DNA of 64,000 nt from Takakia lepidozioides (Eukaryota > Plantae > Bryophyta): positions 14,074,001 through 14,138,000 of the forward strand of contig CM060731.1 in assembly GCA_030704615.1 (NCBI GenBank). Direction: 5' to 3'. The notes under the pieces are model-generated. The model made no database searches, was not told the origin of the DNA, and saw only the letters and a list, made by a program, of their open reading frames with translations. This document shows positions 26,331-38,995 of this stretch, piece by piece. Position 1 is the stretch's first letter. Each line of letters starts with the position of its first letter. The position numbers and the translations under genes are program-made.

Positions 26331-27609
26331 TTGTTCTTTCTTTCTTCCACTCCCTGTCAGATCTCGTTAACCCTCACTGTCTACTTTTAGCTCTGTTTGT
26401 GCAAAGGAGTTTATAACCTTCTTGTATTGCTTGTTGGCTGCTTCCTGGATTTCAAGTGTAGTTTTCAGGTCTTGAAGCTCTGCAAGCTGCACACGCAACC
26501 AACAAAAATACTTTGGTTTTGTCAGAAGTGAACTTTTCAACCCCAATGATTACATGCAGAAAGTTTGCTAGTGTGGTGATGTTGTGGAGTGCCAAGGCCA
26601 TCACTTTTAATTCTACTTTGTCCTTAACATTGTTAAAGATGTGATGCTCATGACAAGGGATCTCTGAGGCAGTTGCTCAAAACCACCAACCTGGACACTC
26701 GAAGTGGATAGCATATTTGCGCTGGCAGCATCGAGGTCCGCTTTGCACTCGTCCAGCTGCCCAGTTTAACCACCCAAAGCATACTGACTATAACTTGTCT
26801 CGATTAGGGTAGTTCAAGTTCCTCCCCCTGAAATATGGTATCAGAGCAAATTACCTGCCGCTAGTTACTGTTATTCTAAGAAGAGGAAGGGAAATTATCA
26901 CACTTATAGACACGTTCAGCTCTTTCTATTGAACTGCTCTGTATGTTGGGTAGTCATTCCCAGATATGTCCAGTGTGTTGCTGTTGGGGGCATAGTTGGA
27001 GATGCCCACGCAGCTCCTCCACTTTATAGTTTGGGATTGAAGGAAATTAAAGTTTGAAGAGTCCACCTCTTTCTGAGACCTCATTGGAGGTATCAAGTTG
27101 GGAGAAAGAGAGATACGCAGAGAGAAAATGCATCTCAAGGCTTTTGCAACCAGTGAACTCTTTGTTCAGCTCTCTTCATGGGGAAGTTTACCCTAAGAGG
27201 TTAGTGTGAATATCTTGGTCAGTACAAGTACTCTGTCCTTGCCAGAACAGATTACAAACAAGGCAACCTAAACACACTCCAACAAAACACAGAGGGGAGT
27301 TTCATAAAGTTGGCGTTTTTTGGGTCTGGGTAACATGGCCTTGAAGGGTAAGTTACTTTAGCTAAGGCTTTGGTTGTTCGGGATTCAGCAAACTTGCGCT
27401 GCTTCTTCTCCTCCACCAGTTGGAGTCGCAAAGTTTTCATCTCAGTAAAATTTGTCCGGGGCACATTCAGGGCTGATGCAATGAGCTCTGCATTCTCATT
27501 CTCCAGCTGTGTTTGCATCCAACATTATTTGTTCAGTAGGAGCACATGAACACCTTGCCATGAGTTGCATGCCTCTCTTAACCCTCCTCCATTCTTCTCT
27601 TTGTTTGTC

Positions 27610-28410
27610 ATGCAGTCTTGTCTTTGAACTTCCTGTGGACGTTGTGAAGTTTATTGACATATCTCTCTCTGATCTCTTGACCTTTGGGCCTCCTGTGGAT
27701 GTAATAAAAATTTGTCTACTCCTTCTATCTCTATCTGTGAACAACTTTCAAGTTACTTTATGGTTTCCTCTTGCAAATTTACCATCCAATCAGCCCTCCA
27801 TGGACCTTACAAATTTACAGGATGCTCTCCACATGAACGAATCACTCGAGGTTGAGTTGCAGTTTTATGGTTTTGGTGGCTGGTTGTTGGGGGTGCACAC
27901 TTTTCAGTTGTTTTCTCTTTTCCTCTGAGCTCTTTGAGCTTCCCATGGAGAACTTTATATAGTTCTGTTCACCCTTTGTCTCTCTTCCACTCTCTGTGCT
28001 TACTAGTGTCTCACGGCCTACTGTAGACGTAATGCATTTTCTTTTCCTCTTTTCGCAATTTCTTCTTTCCTTCTCTTGTCCCATAAGCTCTTTGAGCTTT
28101 CCTTGTCCAGACATTATAAGGTGTCATTCCATTCATTTCCTTTCACTTTCTATCATAGTTAAACACAAGCCTCTCCCTTAGAGAATCTCTTGATGTTAAA
28201 TTGTTGTTCTTTTGGCTGGTTGTTGAGGGCCCCACATTCTTTCTTGTATCTTGTTTCCTATTTTCAAAAATCCTTTGAGCTTGTCATGGATGATAAAAAC
28301 GGTTCTCTCTTTCTCTTGTTCCATAAGCTTTTCGAGCAAGTTTCTTTTCACATTATAAAGTACCATTCCATTTCACTTCTTTCTGTGGACACTATGAAGT
28401 ATCATTTCAT
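27610..28410 (+). repeat. Cluster of degenerate RTEX-like 3' tails
   Basis: About 8 same-strand variants of (aagctc)tttgagcttcctgtggacgttataaag..catttc, e.g. ~27620, 27680, 27925, 28080, 28270, 28320, 28380. Confidence 0.6.
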
Positions 28411-31400
28411 TACTTTTTGTGCTTCCTTTTTCTCCCTCCGCTACCTTCTCTGTGTTTTGTCCCTCATGTCTACATCTTCCTTTCATGTGGACACATAGGG
28501 CCCATTTTATTAGACAAGTAATGTCAGATGCAATGAAATACCTGGAGATTATGTTGGCGCGCTTGCTGAAGCAAGGTTTCAGTTTGTTGGGCAGCAGACA
28601 GCTCAGCTGTTAAACGCTTTTCTATGGCTTCCAATCGCATTGTCTTTCTTCTTTCCTGGTATACCAATGATGTAAAGAAAATTAGTAAAAACACATGGAA
28701 GTGGGACCGACTCTAGGATGGACGGCAGGATGTGCTTGTGAGAATGGTGTAATTTGGGCTATGCAATTTTCTCATATTGCAACTCGTCATTGCAAGGAAG
28801 AATGCCAACAGCTGTGACAGGCTTATGCATTTGCAATTTAGTACTGCTTGGACATACTCCATTGTTTCTATTTTCTATCACCATCCAGTTTAGATGGATT
28901 GACGCAAAATCAATCTCATGAAGTAGAAATAGAGGCAAAATCGCACACACAAAAGCCAGAGCAATGACCTCATTAAGGTCGCAGTAGGTCTCTTGAAGCT
29001 TCTGCAACGCCTTTTCATGGTTTGTTTTGAGCACCCGAAGCTCCTCAATTGATTTGTCATACCTTTTTTTCAAAGTTTCCAGCCGCTCCCATGTCTCCAG
29101 CATCTGAGACGTGACAAACTGGGCAGATGGTCCTTGCGCACCTTCTATGCTTTGCTTTAGCACACAATCTTCTAGTTCATTGTCTGGGGTCCGCCCGCCT
29201 TCCCTGTGCATGTTCATTCCATGTACTTTCTCTCCATCCTACAAAAATATCCATCCAACAAAACAATCACCAGAGAAGATCCTTCAATATGTTGGACATT
29301 TTGATAGGCTTCTTTAAGAATCCCAAAGAGAACTTTGTCCCCACAACTTATCTAAACCATGGCATGTCCAGGGCATATCTTTGGATGTCCACATCCAAGC
29401 ATAGACTATTCCAATGTTGATAGACCTTAGGAGAACATCTTCAAGAAAATATCAAGTTGAAAGTGTTTCAACAAGCAAGTGTTTCCTAGGTCATGAATTA
29501 AGATCCAGATTCAACCTATGTCTCACATGATCTTACTTTCTCAAACAACCATATTCAATCCCTTTGCATAGTCACTGCAAGGCAGATTCTAGCATTCTGC
29601 GACATATGCCACTAGAGCATAACTCTAAAGGCAATAGTCTCTAGTGTCATATGTGGCCTGCTCCAATTTACCTGGCTTGGAACACAACAGCTGATCATAT
29701 TATGACTAGGCTCCAGCATTTGCGATGGGAATGCCTTGATACTAGATGGTGGCAGCTGTGCAAGGCTAGAGATTTGAAACTGAAGATTGGTATTCTCTTC
29801 CTGCAACTTAGCAACTTCTTTGCGCAGCTCCTTCACCACCTACATAATTACAACTTTGCTAACTTTTTCATTGGTCAAGGGAGTTGAATGAACTAGAATA
29901 TGTCTAAACGATGTTATATACAACATTAAAGGACAGATGTAGTGACCGACATTTGGGAAGACCATGCCATTGTTTTTCTTAATGCTCCATAACTTTATAG
30001 CCACACAAAATCATGTGCCCTCTTTAGTTAAAAAATGCAAGTATCTTTTGTTAGAAATTCCTACATGTAGGAAATCTTGAGAACTAGCCACCATTCTGGT
30101 GTGGCATCCAGGTGTCATATTGCAGTAAACCAAGTGAATGGCAGGTCAAAGTCTGTCACCAGTACAGGCAATCGGAAGCTCAATCAACTGAAAATAGGGT
30201 GGAAGAAATCAATATCAAAACATGATGAAGGATGCACTCAGGGAAGGTGATGTCAAAGTTCCTCTAGTACGATGCCTACTCAAATGACCCTCTGCAAGAG
30301 CTTCTGACATGTCTAAAGGACAATGACAAGTTTGAGCAAACAAAGGGATGGTGCCTGCACCTTTTCATGCCGGCGAGTAACATCATGAGAGGTGAAAGGC
30401 TTAACACGACGTGTGAAACGCAATGTAGTTTCTAACCGCTTCTTGAGAGACTGTGTCTCCGCCTTGTATTGTTTTGTCCACTCTGTTGCCTTTTGGGCAT
30501 CCCGGAGGCGCTCCCTCAGCTTTTGCTCTAGTTCTTGTATCCTCTAATGTTGATCCACCCAATGCAACTCCAGGATAGTCAACAAGGAGTGACCAAAGAA
30601 CAAGTGTGATTCTATCAACCAGAAATCACCCTCGCCTCTTCTGGATGTAGTTGGTCACGTATTGATGCTATGGTGCCTCCACCTTGGATTGGTTAATTTC
30701 GAAAGTGTCAACTGGTTGTTCAGATTTCTACGTTGTTGAAGGTTCAGATTTTCTTGGATCATACAAGCAATATCCAATTATACCGTGCAAATCCACATAT
30801 TGACAACTGCGGCCTCCCATATAGAGAACATAGCAAACACAAGCTCAGAGAGCACTTCCGTAAAGGAGAGAAATGGCAGGCTACCATATCCCTCAGCCTC
30901 AGTCTCTCTGAATGTTTCCAGTCTGCTGAAAATTAGACGTTCATCACAATGGCCATCTGACTTTGACCCTGAACTTTCTAAGGCCATGGTTCGACACCAT
31001 AGCTTGCATGGCTATGGTGTGTTGTTTCATTTGATTCTTGCCTCTCCACCCCCTTGAGGACAGAAAAAGCTAGATGACCTGGGATTAGCAGATACCCATC
31101 ATTAGCAGGGACATTTACATGGCATATAGCAACCTGCATAGCATGTTGGGTTGACTTCAGAGCCTCTGAGGCTCCGAGGGTCAGCCCATCCATATATACA
31201 GAGTGAATGAAATGAATTTCTCTGGTGGAGGCTGATTGCAAAATAAAATGGTTCATGTCATAAGGCAACTGAGCTTGCCATTGGGCCTGGAACCTTCTCC
31301 AAATGAGGAGCAGATTGGAGTCCATATGTAGTAGTAAATTGTCATGGGCTGTGGATTGTATTATGCTGCTTGTTTCATGGCACGTTATCACATTGAGCAG

Positions 31401-33990
31401 CAGAAGATGCAATCACAATTTTTGAGTTATTCCAGTGGGGATCATTGGGTCTTACCTTCAGTTCTGCCTCATATGTATCTATATGATGCAAAAGTCATGA
31501 TGCAGAAGGATTCACAACTTCGTTCATGGTTTCATTTGGCTTGGAATAACTTGGCAAATGAGAAATTGGGCCCTGATGATATTTTCTATAAGGGACATGA
31601 AGCCTGGAAATACTTACACTGTTCCAAAGTCATTGGCACACCTCTTACCTATACGGCTAAGGAGTTCAGGGAGTTCACTCATTTTGCTTGCCAGCGTTTA
31701 CAGCAAGTAGTCCAGTTTAAGCTTCCAAACATGTTGGGCCAACATTGTATGCAGGCAGGCAACTTACTTGCTCGGCATAATACTGATGAGTGATAGCGGC
31801 CATGGCATTGGTCTTCTGCTTGCAGGGTCTTAAACTCTGCTGCAGGTTGTCCCGCATCTTCCGCTTTGCTGCATCCTCTGCCCGACATAGCCTTGCTACC
31901 AACCTTCAAATAACCACCTTTCAGCCTTTGTTAGCAAACCTTTCACGTACTTAAAACGAAGGAGACACAGAGAATTGAATCTCAGCCATTTCAAGTATCC
32001 TTCAAAGAATAGTGGCACAGACCAGGAATGTCTCCATTTAGTAGGTGCATTCAGGGTAAAGTCTATGAACTATGAAGCCCGAGTAATAGAAGCGAACAGG
32101 GGATGCAAAGAGAAATGGACCTTGGAATGTTTGGCCTTGGCAGGCCAGAGGACATGTAAAGAAGGTAAGGGGTGGGTGACCTTAGGCATACTTCTGGTGG
32201 CTGCGACACAAATTAGAGTAGAAAAGTGGTATTTATAGTCCAGGAATGGGAAACATGGAAGTGGGTGAATTGATCTGAAAAATATACAGCAAGAGGGGAC
32301 AAAGATTAACATCCGGCATGCCTACTTTCAAGAAACAGGGTTGTGACAGTCCTTTAACCTTCCTCCTACCAGTCACTGTGTGATCAGTATGTGTAGACGA
32401 TGTCAGAATAATAATTTGAAAGAAAACATTCAGCCATTTGATGTGATGCCTACGTTGTAACACTCTTCTACATTGTTATTCCATTATAATAACTGCTTCA
32501 ATGTTGTCCTGTGTTGATAACTGTGGTCATCAGTGTACAAACATGGGTGCTGGGCCATGAGCAATGCAGTTAGATGATGTCTTTGCAAGCATGAAAACCT
32601 ACACTTTGTGAGACTCTTCTTTGACCATTAAATGTTTCTTCAGACGATAGACCTCTGCCTGCATTTCCAGAAAACGTTCTTCTGACACTGGGCCCCCTTC
32701 TATAGCACGCCGTGCTCTCTTCATCCTTACAAGGAGCAGTGGGTCTGTTGCTGAGCTCCCAAATACACTAGCACTTTGTGACCCACGGGCTGACATTGGA
32801 ACAAGTGCTGTAAACAGTGGGCTTTTAATGGTGCGATGGGTATCAAGGATCCCGGCATTGGAGTACTCCTTCTGAACAGCTGTCTGGAGTGTTCCAGCAG
32901 ATATCTGGCTAATACCAGTAGCATGTGTACTCCTTGTTTTCCCTGTTGGAAGAAAAAGACCATCTGGGCTCCATGATTGCATTTTGGACACTCTCAGCAA
33001 AGCAGAATCTGCAACATTCATTGTTTGGTTAGTAGCTAGTTTCTAGGATTCTGTTGCTGCAACCGTGTATAGTTTCTTTCTTTCTATCTGCGGTCCTCCC
33101 GAGCAACCAATTTCACCTGGCTGTGGCTATCCTGCTTCCTTGTAGATACCCCGGCATGGTTTTGAAAACTCGTGTTGCTTTAGATTCTCACCAATTTAGC
33201 ACAAATGCAGCGATCACACTGGATCAACCGAAAGGACCGTGCAAACAATACCACAAACAGTCATCTACAACGTGCTCATGGGAGGGTTCGTTTGGCGCGA
33301 TGAATACGCAATTTAGGCGAGGAACAATAAAAAATGCATAAACGAAATCTCTCTCAAAAACCTAACTTGCCGATCTGAACTACAAAGGTTTTGACTACAT
33401 GAGGTTTAAGGATATGATGCATCTTCCGGGATCTTGACAACAAGGGACAGCACTTTTCACGTAGTTGCTCAGACATTTTCCACACTTTGTAAAGGAATTC
33501 AAAACATCAAGTCTTCAACTTTTCTTCCACAATTTCCTTAATTGCCAGTCATTACTGCTCAGATTCCGAACCACCTAAAAGAATGAAAACAAACTCGAGG
33601 AAAGGAAGGTGGAATAAAAGACAAACAAAAACAGGGGATATGAAGGGTAAATGAGTACCTGAAGGCATTTGGAAATACACGGATCACATCCCGGAGAACC
33701 TCTTTTGCCCATCTATCCCAGCTCCAAATGATGTCCCTCTAACACGGACGCTACCACTCAAAGTGGAAAACCCAAATCATCGACCCCATGAACTGTTTGA
33801 CGACTGTGTAACACCAACACCCACATCGGGAAGATTTCACACAAGAACACGAGAGAGACAACACACGGGGGTACCTCACAGGGCTAACCGCCAGACCAAC
33901 TGGCCCAATAGAACTTTCTTTTTCTTTTTTTTCTTTTTTTCCTTTTTTTTGGGAAAAAGGCAACGGATTAATCAGGGCCTCTCAGTGTCC

Positions 33991-34279
33991 CAGAGTTTTT
34001 TTCTTATAATTCGGAAAATAGCACGAGTGGCTACAGAGTTTTGCAAAAATTAGGCATATATTCTGTTCATCCATTCAAATTAGGACAGAATCATCCACAT
34101 CCATACTTTCATCCATTCATATCATCCAAAATTGGCGAATTCATCCATTTGTTTTATATTTTTTGGAGAATTTAGCGATTTCATCCATGAAAAAACATGG
34201 AATTTTTTACGGAATATTCTTTTCTATTTTTTGAGGTCGCAATTTGGCGAAAATTCGCCAAAACAAAACTTGAACGCTG
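33991..34279. mobile_element. MITE-like element rich in TCATCCAT motifs
   Basis: cagagttttttt...aacttgaacgctg ends with repeated tcatcca. A related inverted sequence lies at ~4990-5120 (atggatgaa..tagccacttgt). Confidence 0.45.
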
Positions 34280-34280
34280 C

Positions 34281-34480
34281 GAGTCTGTCCCCTGTTCACT
34301 TAAAAAATAAACAATAAAACAATAAAACTTTTTTTTTAAATCAGGGCCTCTGTCCCCTGTTCACTTAAAAAATAAAACAATAAAACAATAAAACAATAAA
34401 ACAGTTGTTTTTTTTTAAAACAACGGAGGCCAAAATGGATTTATCCCCTGTTCTTTTTTTAAAAAAACAACAACAAAAAA
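34281..34480 (+). repeat. Tandem L1-like 3' tails (cccctgtt + A-rich)
   Basis: Three copies of (gt)cccctgttc..aaaaa(ataaaaca)n at ~34288, ~34353 and ~34445. Confidence 0.55.
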
Positions 34481-34520
34481 ATCGGGTTGTTACGTTGTTA
34501 CGTTGTTACCACAACGTGTA

Positions 34521-34529
34521 TTAGGGTTT
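34521..34529 (-). promoter_or_regulatory. Telo-box (AAACCCTAA) upstream of the DOMINO1-like gene
   Basis: TTAGGGTTT about 90 bp before the ATG; telo-boxes are typical of plant ribosome-biogenesis genes. Confidence 0.5.
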
Positions 34530-34619
34530 GGGAGGTTTCTTGGTCGATTTCTTGCGTGCGGGGAAGAAGTGTCGAGCGTCGCTCCCTCTCTCTCTCTTGT
34601 TTCTGTCGTGTCTGAGGCC

Positions 34620-35813
34620 ATGGAGGTGGAGGATGAGAAAACATCGAAGAAACGTGGTAGGGATGAGGACTCACTGGGTGGGGACGTAGAAGTAGCTGCA
34701 GAACAAGCACTGGACCCTGTGGCAGATGAGGCGGTAGAGCCAGTGAACGACGGTGTTCTCACTGAGACTGTGACTACCCCAATTGTGAAGAGAGTGAAGA
34801 CCAATGCTGGAGAGCCGGAGCTCGAGAATGAACAGAATGGAGTGAACAGTGACGATACAAAGATGGATGAGCTGATGGAAAACGCGAAAGAAGGGGCAAA
34901 TGCTCAGGAGGTTAAGGAAGCCGAGGAGGTAGAGGAGAAAGCTGGCGACGATGAAGCAAAAGCAGTGACTCCTATCAAGCTTGGGCCTAAGCTCTTCCAT
35001 TCGGGTGTTGAAATGTTCACCTACCTTTATGAGCTGCTACATGCGTGGAACTGCAACCATAATGTCAACAAGGTAGGCTTTCTTTTCCTCAGCCTTCTTG
35101 GGATGAGGAAGGGACACGCAACATGAGAATTGACGTCACTTGTAACTAAGATGAAGCAGCTAACTTCTGCAGGCAAGGACAAGCGATGCTTCGAACCGCT
35201 TTTGCATATTTGTTAATCCTGAAAGTTTTCTAAGTTAAGTTAGTTTTGCTTTTAATGTTAGGGTTGTTTGTTTCGTTGTGGTCTTTATTTTGAAAACCTT
35301 TTCAAGTTTGTCCTGTGGTTGAGTTTAATGTCCGTGTTTGGTGTGAAATGGAGTGACCTTTCCGATGTTAAAGGTGGGTCAATGTCTTCTGGATTGGGAA
35401 ATGTGCAGTATGAGTTTATGGTCCTCTCAGATCTCATCAAGAAAAGTGCGCCACAAAAGCTTGGTGAAGGGATTGAGTCCTTTCAGATCCGCATGCACCC
35501 TTCATGGCAGAGCCGATGCTACTATTTAATTCGCACAGATGGCTCGGTGGACGACTTCAGCTATCGCAAGTGTGTGGACAAGTTGATGCCTTTGCCACCA
35601 AGTCTCTTTAAGCCCAGTGGTGACTTGGATCTCGACAAGCTGTTTCCTGACCAGAAGGGTAGGCATCATCATGGGAGGGATAATGGTGGAGGAGGAGGCC
35701 AGGGGGACAGAGGCCATCGCGGGGGGAGAGGATTTCATGGTGGACGAGGTGGGGGAGGCAGAGGTGGTCGTGGAAGAGGAGGGCGCGGTAAGGGGGGGCG
35801 CTGGAGCCGGTGA
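34620..35813 (+). CDS. DOM1: DUF3223/DCL-family nucleolar protein, DOMINO1/EMB514-like, acidic N-terminus and RGG tail
   Basis: Exons 34620-35072 and 35409-35813, phase 0. LGPKLFHSGVEMFTY..NVNK|YEFMVLSDLIKK..FQIRMHPSWQSRCYYLIRTDGSVDDFSYRKCVD; GGRGG repeats. Confidence 0.85.
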
Positions 35814-36399
35814 TTGGGAACTGCATTTGAATCCATTTTAGACAAATACTACATGACCAACCTTTGATAAGGTGCTGGCCATGGGAGGACGAGTGCCTTC
35901 TGGCAAAGATTCACAAATCACATATTTGGTTTCGATAGGTCTGCAAAAACTCCTGACATGCTGAGTTACATTATTTGCAACCCTCCCTTGGTTTTTGCAT
36001 AAGAAATACATCAAGTCATCAAATTGGTGAGCCAATACCATAGAACTTGCATGTCGGGTTTTCTCTTGTATCTTTTCTTAGGACACAGCTAATTATTCCA
36101 CAATCAATTTTGTATGCTAGTGATTGCTGCTGAAATGATAGCTAGAGATTTGTAAAAAGGAAAAGAAAAAGAGAACAAGTGAAAATACAGTTGTTAAAAT
36201 TATTGCTACAGTGATGAAAGTTACAAAAGTTGCAAAAACAGAAAAAACACACTCAGAAAAAACAAACCAAACTACATCCTACTTACAGGCACCTGCATGT
36301 AGATTGAGCATGTTTTGCGCATAGTATAAGTCTGCGAAAGAATCAGTGCTTTGAAGATGATGGACTCATGTTCTTCCTGTGTAATGCCCAGCAGCTTAT

Positions 36400-37715
36400 G
36401 GTGAAAGTTGGGTTGCAATGAAGGGCTCATATAAGGACTTGCTAGACTTGATCCAGGCAGCTCCTGAGGAGTGTGCCATTGTGTATTGCCATTCGTGTGA
36501 CACCTGTAATGTTATTGGTGCTCTCACTTGTCCCAAGATGGGATTTCTTAACCAAGTGTAGTGAAAGAGTAGTGTGAACTATGGGGTGTTGAGAATGCAC
36601 ACGAGAGGTGTGAAAAGACTGTTGGTATCAAAAGGAGAATCTGTACCATCTTATCTTGGCTTATCACAGCTTGCTCTGAAGCACGTATTAACAAAAAGCC
36701 TTTGGAATTGCCATGGTGAAGATTGATGTTAACTTTGGCTTGGCTTTGGGTTCAGTGTATCATGCAGGTCTTAGAAACAGTTCGCAGTTGAGCATTGGAG
36801 GATTGGACATTAGGCAAGGTGCCTGTTGTAATAGCAACTGCTGAGGTAGGAGCCTAAAGTAGCAATGCTGGAACCAACCTTCATGCTTTCTAGTTGACCA
36901 CCATGCCAAGCCCTTAAGTCAACGCTCGACAACCTCAGTGCTAACTCGCACTATGGGCTCCAGGAGGGCTACGATGGTCTCAGGTGCATCGCAGCAGACG
37001 TTTGCAGGGAATCCTCAATGACATGATTCTCTTTCTCTGAATCACAAGAAAGTATTGGTCTCCTGAATGTTATGTTTGATAGCCCTGATCTTATTGAGTG
37101 CAGGGGTGCTGTCTGGGGCTTTTTCTCTGCATCAAACATCTGCAGAATGGTAGGCACTCTACACATGGGAACTGCACAAGAACTTCCAAGTGATTTGAAT
37201 GAGATTCTTTATATTTGCTGATGTATTACAAATGACGATTTTGCATGATCAACTGTTTCAAATACTGTCATTGCTGGGTATGGCAGACAATAGCCCAGCT
37301 TTGGTAGTTACCGGAGGCTTCCCCATTTAGCACATTAATCCAGGAATTTTCTCTTAACATGAGACCATAGGCAAGAAATTGGAGGTGCTCCAGTCCTCAA
37401 AACACTCTGGATGTAAATTGACAGTGGATCTTAGTGAAGCAGAGAAACAACTGCAAACAACATCACGCTTTATGAATTTCGGTAGAAAGGGAAATGTGCA
37501 GGGGATTGATCACAAGGATGTCCACCTTGTGTGCCACTACGACATGCCAAAGACAATGGAGTGCTCTATCAGGAGTCTTGCCAGGATGGGCATGATGGCA
37601 AAGCTGCCAAAAGTGGCAAAGCTGCCAACTGTGGCTTGGTTGATCGGAGGACCATGGTAATGTCATGGTTTTGCCATATTGATTTTTCACAGGAAGGCCT
37701 TATTTGGAACTGAAG
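36400..37715 (+). pseudogene. RecQ helicase (RECQL3-like) C-terminal helicase-domain fragments
   Basis: CAIVYC (~36475), YHAGL..KVPVVIAT (~36760-36845), GIDHKDVHLVCHYDMPKTME..YQES..GHDG (~37500-37600), with splice sites, stops and frameshifts. Confidence 0.75.
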
Positions 37716-38030
37716 TTCCTTGAGCAGTCCTGATGTTCCAAATGTCACTTTATCATGAAAACTTGCATAACAAGAAGTTTATTCTACGTTTGTCTGGATA
37801 CAGGAACTCCTTGCTAGTAAACCTGATTCGAAACCTATTGCAATGAAAGATCATGAAGGCGTTGATCCCATGACACTCTCTTTGGACTGATGCAACATAG
37901 CTCCTTCTGAAACACCCACTTGATGCATCCATGTCTTCAAATGCACTTAATGAATGAAGAACAATTCTCATTATGCCCATTTTACAGTTCGTAGACATTT
38001 GAATTTTGACACTGAGGAATTTTGGACTGA

Positions 38031-38381
38031 TCACAAGTCATAGTGCTAGCACTCTGCAGTGTGTGGAGAAGGTGGAATATTCTAATTAGAATTGTTGGAA
38101 TTTGACATAGAATAGAGATAAAAGATGAACTGATTACTGAGAACTCTCCACCCAACCATAGGACCACAACAAGCTGTGTCCACCCTCCGAGCTCTCCCTA
38201 TTTATACTCAAAGTCTAATCCAGAAATAGCTGAGATAACTATAGCATAACTCCATGCTTTTACTTAAGTTATCTCCACCTGCTATTCTGGTACAATGACT
38301 TGAGTCACTAATAACTGAAGCTAACTTTAGCTATCTTTTAGTTAACCGAGGCTTATCTCTATTGTTAACTATGACTTGCCA
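38031..38381. mobile_element. Possible solo LTR
   Basis: 11-bp terminal inverted repeat caagtcatagt / actatgacttg, ending ..gcca; internal ctatttatac (minus-strand TATA); no TSD seen. Confidence 0.35.
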
Positions 38382-38995
38382 GAACTCCTATTATGGAAGC
38401 CTGACTTGTCATCACAGTAACTCTAGGTAGTAGTAACTTGGTTAGGAGTTGATTTCCAACAAGAACAACTCCAAAACTGTGCCAAAATGGCACTAGCAGG
38501 TAATTTACAAAATGAACTGTGACTGCACTGTTCATATCTCTTGATTGGTCAGCCCTCCAAATCTTCAACTTGTGTTGGAGTCTAGATTGGGCCACATTTT
38601 CACTGGGCGAGTAAAATCTTCTGCTCGGGCCCTACTTCATACTGCAGTGGAGAGTCAATTTTTTTCTAAACTCCCAAAATCAAGGGGAGCAAATTCAGGA
38701 CATGAAGAAGGCCACTGCAGGGAATAAGGCTTCTGATAACCTTTGCCAATTACTGCAGTGACGCATCCCAAAGGAGAATATTGTGCAACTCGTACTCAAA
38801 TATGTTTGCCTGTACACTGAGTGGGCGGGCTCATTGCATCTCGCTGCAGGACAAACTGCTGCTTCTTGAGGCTTAAATAAGGTCGAAACCTTAAGGCCCT
38901 CTCTCTCTCCTCAGGACTCAGGGCAGCCGGGCATAGTAATAGACAGCCTTTGCAGATAGACAAATTGAATCTTCTGATGGAGCAGAATGATTTGA

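Larger units (their letters stand above)
19883..33021 (-). pseudogene. RPGRIP1L: RPGRIP1L/fantom (NPHP8/MKS5)-like ciliary transition-zone gene, apparently disrupted
   Basis: Phase-compatible coiled-coil exons: 33021-32603, 31903-31768, 30543-30361, 29839-29672, 29238-28969, 28655-28542, 27506-27357, 26756-26691, 26486-26418, and one starting at 23368. EERFLEMQAEVYRLKKHL..LVARL and DLKTTLEIQEAANKQYKK resemble RPGRIP1L as I recall it. C-terminal RID-like exons ~21100-20826, 20515-20380 and 20085-19883 (IIITIRSLEL, VKRVYVLFDF, VGFCQVNLWEALQ, GAIGKLHVVIQGL). The last two exons are each 1 nt short of frame. 5' end uncertain. Confidence 0.72.

Noticed and set aside
26836-26847. TGGTATCAGAGC, the tRNA-iMet primer-binding site of LTR retrotransposons
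   Set aside because: No adjacent LTR end or gag ORF; isolated 12-mer in an intron.
30058-30073. Perfect 16-bp palindrome ttcctacatgtaggaa
   Set aside because: Single intronic occurrence with no supporting context.
31344-31793. 149-aa plus-strand ORF
   Set aside because: Antisense and largely intronic to the RPGRIP1L-like gene, with no recognisable motif.
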